The notes under the pieces are model-generated. The model searched no databases. It saw nothing but the letters and a program-made list of their open reading frames with translations, and was not told the DNA's origin. Source: Proteromonas lacertae (Eukaryota). From it: 64,000 nt of DNA. The translations under genes were made by a program, and so were the position numbers. Numbering within the stretch: position 1 is the first letter of the stretch; the number at the start of each line of letters is the position of its first letter. This document shows, one piece after another, positions 12,875 to 26,430 of the stretch. Location of the stretch: positions 1 through 64,000 of the forward strand of contig NGBS01000299.1 of assembly GCA_002245135.1 (NCBI GenBank). The letters run 5' to 3'.

Positions 12875-14515
12875 ATGAAATTCATTTATTTGATATTTTG
12901 CTTATCTGTTTGTTTTGCCTCAGAATTCAGATTCTCAACTGCTATTGGAGATCACATGGTTCTTCAAGTATATTTATTATTTCTATTAACTCTGATTTTG
13001 TAGAGAGCTCCCGAAAGAGCAGCAATATGGGGATATGCAGGTATTGATGATGAAGTGAGGGTGAAATTTGATGGAAATGAATATATAGCAAATCGTGAAG
13101 GAAAGTATAACTAAACATTGTTATTTATGAAATTGAATAGTCGTTGGAAAGTGTTATTACCTCCAACCGAAGCATCTAATAAAGTATATGAAATATCAGC
13201 TTCTACAAGTAATGGTGAAACCATTTCAGTTTCAGACATACTATTTGGAGATGTTTGGTTTTGTTCAGGTCAATCTAATATGGAGATGGTACTAAATCAA
13301 GATCGAAACGGTAAAGAGACGATGGCTGAAGCTGGAAATTACACTCAAATTCGATTATTAACAATTTCTCGAGGTTGGGATATTAACAAAACTGTGGATG
13401 ATTTAAGCATATCAGATTATAGACAGTTATGGAGTGTGAACAGTCCTAGTGCTTTAGATGGAGGAAAGACTTTCTCATATTTCAGTGCTGTTTGTTATTA
13501 TTATGGATTAGAATTACATAAAACTCTAAAGATTCCAATTGGATTAGTTTCATCATCCTTTGGTGGAAGTCTTATTGAAGCTTGGTCAACTCCTAACGTT
13601 ATTAATAGTTGTAGTAATATTGCTTGGGAAGGAAACAATGAAGGTAATAAACATCCTGGTGCATTCTTTAACAAGATGATTCATCCTTTATTAAACATGA
13701 CAATAAAAGGAATGATTTGGTATCAAGGCGAAGAGAATGTAAAGTTCAATCCTGGAAATATAAAACACAATGATGGTTATCCATGTTTATTTAGACATTT
13801 TATTGAAGAATATCGAAGATTATGGAGTTTAATTCCAGGAACTACCAATAATAATTTCCCTTTTGGATTTGTTCAGCTCAGTGGATATTGTCCAGGTCCA
13901 AATCATTTGTGTAATAATGATATAGGAGTTGGTAACTTAAGATTTGCTCAAACTGTAGAACAAGGATTTGTTCCTAATAAATATTTACCCAATACATTCA
14001 TGGCAGTATCAATGGATTTGCAAGATCCTTATTCTTCATCTGGTGAAATTCATCCTGGATATAAGAAGATAATAGGAGAAAGATTAGCAATGGGTTCTTT
14101 TCATTATGCGTATGGTTTAAATAGTTATACAAATGGTCCATCTTATGAAAGTTGTGAGATTAATGGTGATGAATTGATTGTAAATTTAACAAGATCAATG
14201 TTTTATGAAGATGAAATCGAGATAAGACACAATTATGGATTTGAAGTGAATGTTGGAAATTCTTCAAATGCAGTATGGAAGAAAGTATCAATAAAAAGCA
14301 ATAAAGATATGAGTGTAGTAGTTGATGTGAAAGGAGTGAAGAATATAGTTGGTTTGAGATATATTTGGAGAGATAACGCTTGTTGTCCAGAATCCTATGA
14401 AGGTAAATCTGGTTTTACTTGTGGTATATTAAACTGTCCATTATATGGTAAACAGTCAAAATTACCAACTCCTGGTTTTATATCTAAAATCGTTGATGGA
14501 GTATGTTTATTATAA
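12875..14515 (+). CDS. SIAE: Secreted sialate O-acetylesterase (SGNH/SASA domain)
   Basis: Signal peptide MKFIYLIFCLSVCFA; GDHMVLQ|RAP; GDVWFCSGQSNM; GGSLIEAWS; IWYQGE; FGFVQL; IHP. Two short introns near 12968 and 13105. Confidence 0.92.
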
Positions 14516-14641
14516 ACACTTTTGTAAGAAAATTACAGAATTCTTCATTGAATATTTGTTTAAGAGGATGAAAAATAAAAATAACATCGAACTTAACTCA
14601 AACTTATGTTATTTGTAATTTGATTGGATAATGAATTATTG

Positions 14642-15958
14642 ATGAATAAACACAATCTAGATGAGATGTCAGAGAAAGTAGCTGAAATATGTTATTGTAT
14701 GTTCATGTTTTTATTATTTATAGATAATGACGAAGATGTGGAACAAATCAGGTCATTGTATTTGAGAATAACCCATGAGTATTTATTCTCTGTAATTTTT
14801 TATTTATATAGTGAAAAGGATATACTGGATTTGGAAGTGTTCTACAATTCATTTCAAATACCTACACAAGAACTCTATGAAAATATTTTTAGTAAATATA
14901 GTATTTTTGTATATTTTATGATTTAGATAAAATTAGGTGGAACAGTTTCTTTCAAATAGTGTCAATACTCTGCTTTGGAAGGTTAGATTTACTGCTGCCA
15001 TGTATATTTTTGGAGTATATGCTTTATCAATAGTTACAATGCTAATAAATGGCATTTTTTCTAGTGATACATTTATTAATGAAGTATATACGTACTATTC
15101 ACTCTTTTTATATAGAAACAATTTGAAAGATTTATGAGATGTATTGGTTTAGAATCAGAAATAGGCCCATTTCTAAAACATTTTAAATTAAGACTACCAA
15201 TAAGTTATAACATACTACAAACACATCTAGCAGAGTATAACATATTAAAGAATCATTTATATTCAAATCAATCATATTTAAGAAGTTTTATATTTCCAAA
15301 GAGAAAAGCTCAAGAAATAGTGAATAGATATATCAATCTAGAAAGTAGATACAATTATAAAATCACGCACAGAGGACAATCACCTACACAAACATGTTTA
15401 CATAGATTAATGTCTTGTTTTTCTTCAGAAAATAGTATTTATAGTTTAAAAGATTGTGCAAATTTTGATTATGAAGTTCCTATTCCTGATATTGAGAGAA
15501 ATATAACCCAAATTGTTTTCTATTTCCAAATGCTTTTCTTTCCTAATAGTAATATACCATCTAACGACTATCATTTACCAAATCGATCAATTCAAATAAT
15601 TAAGAAGCAAGGATCTACATATTCAATAGCACTAACACCTAGATCTTTTAGTAGAATGAAAAATCATTGTTCATGTGTTAAATTGAATCAGGATTGTTCA
15701 AAATGTTCAAGAGTGTTTGAAAGTTACAGATTTAATTATGATACTTCTGCAAGTTTTATAAATAAAACTGAGTCAAAGTGTCCTATTAAATCTACAGGTA
15801 TATCTTTAGTGAGTAATGATTTTGGAAATAACTATCGCTATAAATCATTTTGTCCTTCAAATTCAATTGTTCCAGAAGAAAAAGTTTGTGAAATAAACGT
15901 TAAAGCTGAATTATATACAGTTTCTCCTAAATCTCCCAAATCACCCAAATGTCAGTAA
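14642..15958 (+). CDS. Uncharacterised paralog family member 1 (degenerate EF-hand-like core, C..FDYE motif)
   Basis: Five short introns join MNKHNLDEMSEKVAEICY|...WNSFFQIVSILCF...TCLHRLMSCF...ANFDYE. Homologous to the genes at 25-33 kb and 44-50 kb. Confidence 0.7.
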
Positions 15959-16082
15959 ATTGTATTTTTAGATTATTTATTTCTATACATATGCGCATAT
16001 TTGGAATAGTATTATAACACTTTAGTTTTAATTTTTTATTTTTTTTATTTTGGTGTTTCAAAATTTTCATTTCCTAAGAATA

Positions 16083-16089
16083 TCAAGCC
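16083..16089 (+). promoter_or_regulatory. TCAAGCC start-proximal motif (example copy)
   Basis: The same motif lies within ~100 nt of the start codon at 23401, 26345 (rc), 29160 (rc, partial), 30874, 55605 and 59429. Confidence 0.4.
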
Positions 16090-16121
16090 GAATAATTAGT
16101 TCAAGCTAAATTCATTTTTAA

Positions 16122-17757
16122 ATGTTTAATAATCGGTCATTCACGTCACCTTCAATAACTACAACATCAACTTCGTTGTTTGGATCACCTCAGCCAAACA
16201 ATGTATTTGGAAATAATAATCAAACTTCAAGTATTTTCGGAAATACCACTTCAAATAATGGTTTATTTGGAGGAACAATCAACAATTCATCATTTAGAGC
16301 AGGTAATAGTAATGCATTTGGAGCAGGTAATAATTCTTTTGGAAGTAATACAAATGGTAGTATTTTTGGTAATAATACTACTCAGAATCCCAGCAGTATA
16401 TTTGGTCAGTCTAACAGTGGAAGTGTATTTGGTTCTAGTTCTAGTAAAGGAACAAATCAATATAATGACACAACTTCAGAATCTTTAGGTAGAAATCCAA
16501 ACTCTTCAAATGTATAAATATTAATTATATCAATTAATAAAAATAAATAGAAAAACAAAGTAAACTGTTCGTTTATAAAACATCATATCTATTTCATGAA
16601 TCAATATGAAAAGAAACCAATAACCTTACTTCGTAGTGAAGATTATGAAATAAACAAATCAAATGGAGGTAATGCAGTTGGTGTTTTAGGTGGTGTAAGT
16701 AATAATAATGTAACAAATGGCTTATTTGGAGGAAATACAACAAGTAATACCTTTGGAAATGGAAGTGGATTATTTGGTGGAAATACAACCAATACAACAA
16801 CAACAGGAGGAGGATTATTTGGAAGTAATAATAATAATTCATCCTTTGGAGGTAATAATGGTGGATTATTTGGTGGAAATACAACCAATACTACAACAAC
16901 AGGAGGAGGATTATTTGGTCAAAATAATACAGCCACAACAACAACAGGATTAGGTGGAGGTTTATTTGGAGGAAATAGTGTATTTGGAGGTAATAACAAC
17001 AACACTAGTACAGGTGGTATATTTGGAGGTGGTATGAATAACACAACAACAACAACAACAGGTGGATTATTTGGTCAAAATAATAATAATAATACATCAG
17101 GAAATGGAGGATTATTTGGTCAGAATAACAAGCCAACTGGTGGTTTATTTGGTGGTGGAATAACTAATACAACATCTAATACTAGTGGTGGGTGGTGGTG
17201 GTGGATTATTTGGAGGAAATACTTCTAACACAACAGGTGGTTTATTTGGTACTCCTACAGCTAATACAACAACAGGAATAGGTGGTGGTTTATTTGGGGG
17301 AAATACAGCAACTACAAATACTACTCCAGGATTTGGTGGAGGTTTGGGTGGTGGTATATTTGGAAGTAATACAGTAAATAATAATCCTATAGGTGGTGGT
17401 GGTGGTTTATTTGGTCAAAATAATACCAATAATAATCCATTAGGAGGAAATACTGGTGGTGGTTTATTTGGTAGTAGCAATACTACAACAGGTGGTGGTT
17501 TATTTGGTCAAAATACTAATACTACAATTGGAGGTGGTGGTTTATTTGGAGGCAATAATAACAACAATGCTAATAAACCAGGTGGATTATTTGGAACTCC
17601 ATCAACTACAACAACAGGGTTAGGTGGTGGTTTGTTTGGAGGTGGTAATACTTCAACCAGTTTATTTGGTGGTAATAATAATAATAATAATAATACTGGA
17701 GGTGGCTTATTTGGTGGAAATACTACTACAGGTTTAGGTGGTGGTTTATTTAGTGGA

Positions 17758-17798
<41 letters not shown>

Positions 17799-20578
17799 GC
17801 CAGGTGGTTTATTTGGTGGTAATACATCAACTGGTTTTGGATTAGGTAGTGGTGGAAGTAGTAGTTTATTTGGTGGCAGTAATAATAGTACAGGTATAGG
17901 AAGTGGATTATTTGGAGGAAATACAAACACTGGTTTAGGAGGAGGTTTATTTAGTCAAAATAATAATAATAATCCATTAGGTGGTGGATTATTTGGTCAA
18001 AACAACAATAATAATAATAATAATCAGAATCAATTAAACTCTCAATTTACAGAACAAATTGTTGATTCATGTAAGAAAGAACCATATACTCAAGGTGAAT
18101 TTGGTTTAGTGAAAATTGGTCAACAAATAGATCATTGTGCTCAAGCAGCTGGTGTTAGTAATACAGCAACAGTAGAGAATACTTCCTTAGCAATAAAACC
18201 AAATACAATTTCATTACCATCTTTACCTTCCCATTCTGCAATCTTATCAAAATCTTTATTTAATCAGAAGAAAACTGATTGTGTAATTGCTCCACCCAGT
18301 ATTATAAATAGATGTAGTAAGATTAAGCAATTAATTATTACTCAACCAGTGAATGATGATGATGAAGGTGATGAAGAAAGAGATTTTATTTCTGATGAAG
18401 TAATTCCTGTTATTAATTCTCCTCATATTTCACCAATTAAACCTGATGAATCTGATTATTATAAGACATTAAGTGAAGATGAATTGAGTAAAGAAGAAAT
18501 AGAAGAGAATGATGATGATGATGATGATGAAAATGATGATAGTAATTATTCTACAACTGAGAGTGAATCGGAAAATGATTCTGTGAAAAGATCAAATCCT
18601 GTCTCACCAATAGTGAAAGCAAAACATCATAAAAGTGATAATGATAGTGATAGTGGAGATAATAAAAATAGAAAGAATAATAGAATTATATCTGATGATT
18701 CTTCAACATCTTCATCATCATCACCTTCTGAAGATGAAGGAGATGATGAAAAGGAAGAAGAAGAAAATAGTGTAGTACCAAAATGTACAAAAGAAGATTA
18801 TATCATATTCCCATCAATTTGTAGTTTAAAATCCAAGACAAAATCACAATTATCATCTATCAGAGACTTTTCAATTTGTCATAAGAATATTGGTAGTATA
18901 TTGTGGTTAGGAAATACAGATGTTAGAAATATTAATATTGATGAAAATGTAATTATTGATTTAGATCAGAATAAAAGACCATTCGTTGAAGTAAAGAGTG
19001 AAAAAGTACCTACACTTAATAAAACAGCTATTGTTACACTGTATCAAATAAAAAAACCTCAGAATGTTGACTTAAACGAGTTTAAGAATAAATTAATGAA
19101 AAGAGCAAAGAAAATGGATGCTACTCATCTTGATTATGATGAAATATCATCTCAATGGAGATTTCAAGTTGAACATTTCAGTAGATATAGTTTTATGGAA
19201 GAAGAAGAAGATGATGATGATATTAATGATAATAGAAATAAAACAACAACAACAACAGTTCATCCAACAGTTAATCCATTTGTAACTTCCAATAATATTA
19301 TTTCAATAATTCCACAACAACAACAACAACAACAACAACAAACATCTACTCTTAGATTCAATAGAAATATTCAACCAAAAGCATCATCATTAGGAATGGA
19401 AGAAGAAGAAGATAATAATAAAAGTCAAATGAATCAATCATCAAATATCTCATTTTCAAATAGACCGCAATTACCAAAAATAGAATTCAATAGATTACCA
19501 ATGAAACAATGTCCATGTTATAACTTATTAAAAGAAGTAGTAGGTGGAGAAATCAATAACGATTCTGTCCATGCATTTTCAGTATATTGTAGAGATAGAA
19601 GCAGACCAGCTTACCTTTCATTTAATAACAAAATTATTTCAATTCAAACAAAGAATTATTCACTTGTTAATTGTTATGCAGTTCCTCAAACACACTCTTT
19701 AGTTAATTACGATGAAATGAAATTGTTATTACATTCATTATTAAATATTACTGAAATACCAAATAATAGTGATGAAGATGATAATAGTTCAAGTAGTAGT
19801 GATTCTGATAATGAAATGAATGGTAATAACTATTACAATAAACCATTTAGATTTGGTCCAATATCCAATGTATATGATTTTCTTTCTGATTATTCATCAT
19901 CATCTTATCCTCCAGTAGTATCTGCAATGTTTTCATTATTATTATCGTTATATCTACCTAGAGATAGTAAGAATGAAATACCTAACTATATTCATGAAGT
20001 ACAACCAAATTCAACAATTACAAATGATTATAATGATGAAGATGAGAATGATGATAATAATGAGAAATTTCAAACTTTATTATATCGTAAAGAAAGAATA
20101 TCCGAATGGTTTATCAGTATAATAACCAATTTAACATTACCAGAACCAGTTAATATATACCAAAAGATATTATACTATTTATTACAGAATGATATAGAAT
20201 CAGCAACTAATGAAGCGTTTAATAATAAAGATTACAATTTATCACTATTATTAAGTCAATTGAATGGAGATATAACAACAACAGCAAGAACAATTGATAA
20301 TAATTCTGATGAAATTACACCAATGAAGTTACAATTGGAATGTTGGAAGAAATATAAAATTATAAATAAAATGAATAAAGATTTATTGAATATTTATTAT
20401 ATATTATCAGGTGAGATACAATTAATACAACTACCATCAAATATTTCAAAGTTACCTTGGATATGTTATGTTGCATTATATTATTGGTATGGTAATAGAA
20501 GTTGTGGAAATTTGTTATTATCATTACAATGTTTTAAGAAATATAATGAATATTTAATACATCCAAATCCATTGTTTT

Positions 20579-20620
<42 letters not shown>

Positions 20621-21051
20621 GGAGAAGAACTTGTATTTTATATCACTTATTATGGTATTATGCTGATGAAAACTATGATATTTGCCATTTATTAGATAAT
20701 TGCAGTATATCTACAAACTCACATGATTATTTATTCACTTGGATCTTATATTATATAATTATAGCAATTAATAATTACGATATTAGTGAAAGTGATTTGA
20801 AGAATCAAGTTTATATTAATAATTCATTAATTGAACAATTAGAAGCTAATGGTTTGTGGGAATGGGCTATTTATGTGGGAAGGTTTAATCAGAAGAGTGA
20901 AATCAGAAGTGTGGTTTGTAGAGAAGTGCTTGAAAGAAATATTCCTGAAGAAATGAATCAAAAATATAAGACAATTAAACAGTTTTTGGAAGAAAATATG
21001 ATAATCAGTTTAGAAGAAGTTGAAAATGCAGAGAGAATGAGTAGATATTAA
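16122..21051 (+). CDS. NUP98: Nucleoporin Nup98-Nup96 precursor
   Basis: Many GGLFG repeats; GLEBS-like MNQYEKKPITLLRSEDY; autoproteolytic domain ending FQVEHFSRY (HFS at 19174-19182); Nup96 C-terminus QLEANGLWEWAIYV. Intron ~16512-16550; one extra G at 17190-17192 shifts the frame. Confidence 0.95.
17761..17797 (+). repeat. (AAT)n microsatellite encoding poly-Asn within the Nup98 FG region
   Basis: About 12 tandem AAT units. Similar runs occur at ~20584 (AAT) and ~19315 (CAA). Confidence 0.9.
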
Positions 21052-21117
21052 ATTCTTTTTATTCTTTTTGTTTATTGAAAATATATTCGTTTCGCTAATT
21101 TTTTAGTTTTTTAAAAA

Positions 21118-23322
21118 ATGAATGGCTTCATCATATTTCGTATTAGTAATATTTCTTTAATTATATTTAGTCGTACTGACTATTGTTTTACAGTCAGTAA
21201 CTGCTAAAGAAGTTGAGAGAGTTGGAATGAATATTCTGACTTTAGATGAAGATAAATTATCTTCATTTTATTATGTTGCCAATTACAACACTCATACGCT
21301 GTTCATAGAGAATAATTACCTATATGATATTGAAAGATCAGTTGATTATGTTTATTATGCTGTATTTACAATAAAATCCGAAATAGTTAAGACAGATATA
21401 TTATTTTCTGAAATGACGTTTGTGGAAGATAAAAGCTGGTTTCATTTTTCAGAAAATGATGTTAAAAGATGTTTGGGTTTTGATGTAGAAAAAGATTATG
21501 GTTACAAGTATGTATCAAAGTTTATATTATATGTAGAGAAACTCAAATAAAAGATTTTTGTGAAAAAGCAAATGAAATAGCATATTATTTTAAGAACAGA
21601 ACTCCAAAGATAGAAGCAATAGAAGATGGAAAACTAGTATCTATAGCACCAACTAGTTCAATTGATGTCTATAAATGTATTATAATATATATTCACAAAG
21701 AATTATTTATTATTGTTTTTTTATAGTAAGTAAAGAAGAATTTGAATATAAAACAAAATATAGTTCAAACTGTTATCCTATGCCATTAGAAGGGTTATAT
21801 TGCTATAAGAAAGATAATTCAGGTATATCTTCAGCCATATTCAATGACAATATGATAAGTACAGGATTTGAAGAAAAAATGAAAAGTAGTTCATTTCAAA
21901 TAAAAGATTTGAAATTGAAATATCAAAACAAAGAAGATTACACACTAGTTACAATTCCTGATTATGATAAGGATGTTAGTTTTACATGTTTAGACAAAGA
22001 TTGCAGTTTCATATGTGAAATATCAGATATAGAAAACAATGAAAAATGGTGTAATATGTATGAGAATCCATGTTATAAGAGAATGAATCAAAAGAGTGTA
22101 TATAATGAATTGATACAATCAGTTGAAGATAATTATAAAGAGATTCTTGAGATTGCCAAGATAAAACAATCTATCAGTAATACTTATTCTGGTAAGAATG
22201 TAAATGTAAATATGAAAGAGATTAAATCAGAAGGAAAAGGTTATTATTATGAAGATTTCGTTGAAAGTTATAAAGATGAAAAGGAAATATCATATCCTGG
22301 TTATTATAAAGGGTATTTCATCAATAATAAAATGTTCATTTATATTGAACAGAAAACAGGAAATATTCTGAGTGATCAGAGTGATGTTTATGAAGTGAAA
22401 ATAGTAAAATCTTTAAATGATGCAAACAGTTTTACTCTTTCATCTATTGATGATTTAGATAAAGGTGAAAGTGGAATAGAAAAGCAAAATAAAAGAAATG
22501 GTTTTATGTCTATCAAGTATGTATATATATTAATTTATAATATTGTCATTTAGTGATTCAATAACATATGGACAAGATATAAGTGAATATTTTACAGAAT
22601 ATGTTGGTAATACTTATACTATTAATGATGATAAAGTAACAATACAACATGAAGGAAAAGACAATGTTGAAATTCAATTGAAAGAAATTGATTCATCTTT
22701 ATTACAACAGATATTATCTCAAATTACAAAAGATACAAAACCTCTTCCTGATAGTGATTCAAAATGTTTAGTTAATGATTATAATCTATCAAAAGATAAT
22801 AAAATTCTTAAAGGAAGTGATATAAAGTATCAAAATACATGGTATTCAAATACTATATACAACTCGAGTAAGAATAATGTGAATGGGTATATGTTCTTTG
22901 GAATAGAAGATAATTCTATTGTTGATAAATCTAGATTTTATAGTTATCCTAATGAAAAGGCATTTTCTTATTATACTTATGATGGTTTTGAAGATAAATA
23001 TTTAAAGAGTAGTTTATTCTCATATTTTCACTCATTTGTTGAATTAAATGGTGAAGAATATTCAACATGTAATATTGAGATGAAAAATAAATCTCTAAGT
23101 GAATTGAAGAAAAGTGTTGAAGATTTCAAAGAGTATTTAAAGAAATATGATGAGGATGGGGATGATGATGTTAATATTTCACCTACAACTACATTAGAAG
23201 ATGATAGTAGTAGTGGTAGTGTTCTTCCAACAGATGTTACATCAACTCAAGAAGATGACAGTATTGAATATAGTATATCAACATTTATCGTTATATTAAC
23301 GCTTTCAATTCTATTAGGATAA
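21118..23322 (+). CDS. Putative GPI-anchored surface protein with an internal duplication
   Basis: Spliced signal peptide MNGFIIFLVLTIVLQSVTA; S/T/D-rich stalk; hydrophobic C-terminus STFIVILTLSILLG*. Repeated segments ICEISD..NELIQSVEDNYKE and TCNIE..SELKKSVEDFKE. Confidence 0.65.
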
Positions 23323-23494
23323 AATGATATATATTATTTGTGTATTGTTATGTTGTTTTGGTTTAATAAGAATTTTTCAATCAAATAAGTTTGATTAGGT
23401 TCAAGCCTTTTTTGAATTATTGATTGATTCTGATTGATACTGAGTTGATTTTTGAATAATTTTAATTGAATAAAATATAATTGAAAATAATATA

Positions 23495-24943
23495 ATGCAA
23501 AAACGGGTTGTTGTAACCGGACTAGGGTTAGTTACACCGATAGGTATTGGAGTAGATACAGTATGGAAAAATCTACTATCTAATAAATGTGGAATAAAAG
23601 TATTAAATTTTATTATAGAATTCTGTCCTATAGAGGTTGGATGAAAATGAATATAGAAAAATTCCATGCAAGATTGCTGCTATTGTTAATAAAGATGAAA
23701 TATCATATAAGTTCAATAAATCTCAAAGCAGATTTATACAATTTGCATTAATTGCTGCTGAAGAAGCAATAAAAGTATATCAAATATTTTACATTTCATA
23801 TTTAGTCTTCTAAACTAACAAGTATATCACAGAGTGAGTTAGAAAATATTGTATTTTTATATTATCCTAAAAGAACAATTAATATATATATTATAGGGTG
23901 TGTCTGTTGGATCAGGAATGGGATCTTTTCAAGATATAATAGATAATTCAAAGCTGTTAGATAAAGAGAATGGATATCACAAAATATCTCCTTTTTTTGT
24001 TCCAAAGATATTAGTGAATCTAGCTGCAGGTCATATATCTATGAGATATGGCTTTATGGTATTAATAATAGTGGAATATCTATTCATAGGGACCTAATAA
24101 CTGTAGTACAACTGCCTGTGCAACTGGTCTTCATTCAATTTGTGATGGATTTATATCAACTCCTTTTTTTATATATAATTTGTTCATTATTGTTTTACCT
24201 TAATATACTTTTTTTAAAGAATTATACAGAATAATGAAGCAGATATAATGATATGTGGTAGTGCTGAAGCTGTAATAACGCCATTATCAATAGCAGGATT
24301 TTGTAGAAGCAAAAGTATTACTATTCATTCAAATGATAATCCAGAGAAAAGTTCTTGTCCATTTGATAAACATAGAAATGGTTTTGTAATGGGAGAAGGA
24401 AGTGGAATATTGGTACTTGAAGAATACGAACATGCAATAAGGAGAAATGCAAATATTTATTGTGAAATAAAAGGAATAGGTGTTAGTAGTGATGCTTATC
24501 ATATTACAGCTCCAAGACCAGATTCAAAAGGAATATTGTTATCAATGAATAAGGCATTAAAAATGGCAAATATTACAATGAATGAAATTGATTATGTAAA
24601 TGCTCATGCAACTTCTACTGTGTTAGGAGATGAAATAGAATTGAAAGGGATTGATGAGTTAGCTAAAAGAAATAATTCTACTCATAAAGTGTATGTTTCT
24701 TCATTGAAAGGAAATATAGGACATTTGCTAGGTGCAGCAGGATCTGTTGAAACAATTATTACCATTTTATCAATGAAGTATAATACACTACTACCTACAT
24801 ATAATTTGAGAGAAACAAATATCTTTCATCAATATACTGAATTAATAAAAGGAAAATATATTAATCAAGAGTGTAAATGCAGTTTAAAGAATTCCTTTGG
24901 ATTTGGAGGAACAAATGCTTCAATTGTAGTTGCAAAGTGTTAA
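23495..24943 (+). CDS. fabF: Beta-ketoacyl-ACP synthase II (FabF/OXSM, type II FAS)
   Basis: MQKRVVVTGLGLVTP; ISPFFVPKILVNLAAG; TTACATG (catalytic Cys); YVNAHATST and KGNIGHLLGAAG (two His); KNSFGFGGTN. Several introns. Confidence 0.95.
24153..24217 (+). other. Candidate U12-like intron with AT-AA termini in fabF
   Basis: Removing these 65 nt restores the frame and an ungapped DGF|RIIQNNEAD match to the FabF consensus. 5' end ATATC; CCTTAAT branch-like motif at 24198-24204. Confidence 0.55.
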
Positions 24944-25180
24944 TTTATTTCGGTTTAGAACATATATTGAGTTTATAAATAAAATTTTAAAAATGTTACA
25001 GATTGTCATAGTATATTATCTAATATTTACAATAATCTCATAAGAAAACGTAAATTACCCCTAAAAAACAATAATAAATATACAAAATTAAATGATTAAA
25101 TAAATAATAAAGAAATTATTCTCATCAAATTATTATTACATAATATACATCTATTATATGTATTATTCACATATCAACTT

Positions 25181-26325
25181 TTATATATCATCATCAATAG
25201 ATCCAGGAATATTATTATTGTTTAGATTACTTCTATATGAAGCTGTAATGTTTTTATTAAACATTAGTGATGAAGTACTATTTCTTACTTTAGCTGATAA
25301 ATATCTATGACTTGCTCTTAAATGTGATATATTATTATAAGAACCATTATCATACTCTGACATTAATCTATGTGATCCTTTTGCACTCCCTGAATTAATG
25401 CTTGACAATACTTTTGAGGGTCTTAATTGAGGTTCTCTTGGTTTGGTTCTTCTGAATATTTTATTATTCTTTAAAACACTTGGTGATTGTAAACTAAATA
25501 AACTTTTACATTGATTTACACCATTTGCAATTCCTAAAAATTTCTTGAATTTTATATCTCTAGCACTTGGAAATGACTCATAATCAAATCGACGATATTT
25601 CTTTAATTCTAATTTTATACAGAAACAACATGCATATTTGAGTTGTCCATTGTGTTTTTCTTTGTAATTTTCTCTTTGCTCTATTTCATACGGTCGAGAG
25701 AGTATATCTTCCACCTTCTTAGGAGAAAACAACACATCTCTAATTGTTGAACTAATTACTTGTAATAGCGTACAATTGGTGGATGTTGTTAATAACTGTA
25801 TATACAATTCATCAAACGTTAATGTCTTTAATGCAGATAGTTCTGGAGGATAAAGGGAGATTTGAGAGAATATTAATTGGAGTTTCTTGGGAGATATAGC
25901 ATTTTCACTTTCTATTTCTAATTCATGCAGTACAACTATTATAAACAAAAAAAAAAGATAATACATTTCAGCAAATAATTAAAAGGTAAAAATGCAAAGG
26001 CAGATACGTATTGAAAGAATAAATCGAATTGCATTACACCTATTTTATTATAATAAGATTTTAAAATACGAATTTTAATGAAGATGCGTTGGAATATGTT
26101 GGGAGACGGTAAATGAAAGGTTTTCTGAAATAAATTATATGTGATAAATTTTCCTCCTCTAAAATATAATAGACAAAAGAAAATACTTTTCTGTCATTCC
26201 TAAAAAAACTTGATAAATCAACGTTACGTCTGTAAAATTGTCTATAAATGCTAATTAGTAGAATAAATACAACAACAAAGCTGAGCTATTAATCTAGAAT
26301 TGTCATTGAGTTTTATTTCATTCAT
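25181..26325 (-). CDS. Uncharacterised paralog family member 2
   Basis: MNEIKLNDNSRLIAQLCC|; FDLFFQYVSAFAF; ILSRP; CCFCIK..RFDYE; S/N-rich tail. Confidence 0.7.
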
Positions 26326-26430
26326 AAAAAAATCTAAAAAACTCGGCTTGAGTTCCTTTAATTTAATTTAAAACGAATAAATAACCCAAATCAATGGCAA
26401 TATATTTATAAGATAAATTATAACACAAAA

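Noticed and set aside
16700..18030. Regularly spaced GGTGGTTTATTTGG repeats resembling a CRISPR or tandem array
   Set aside because: They encode the GLFG repeats of Nup98. Spacing is irregular and the context is eukaryotic.
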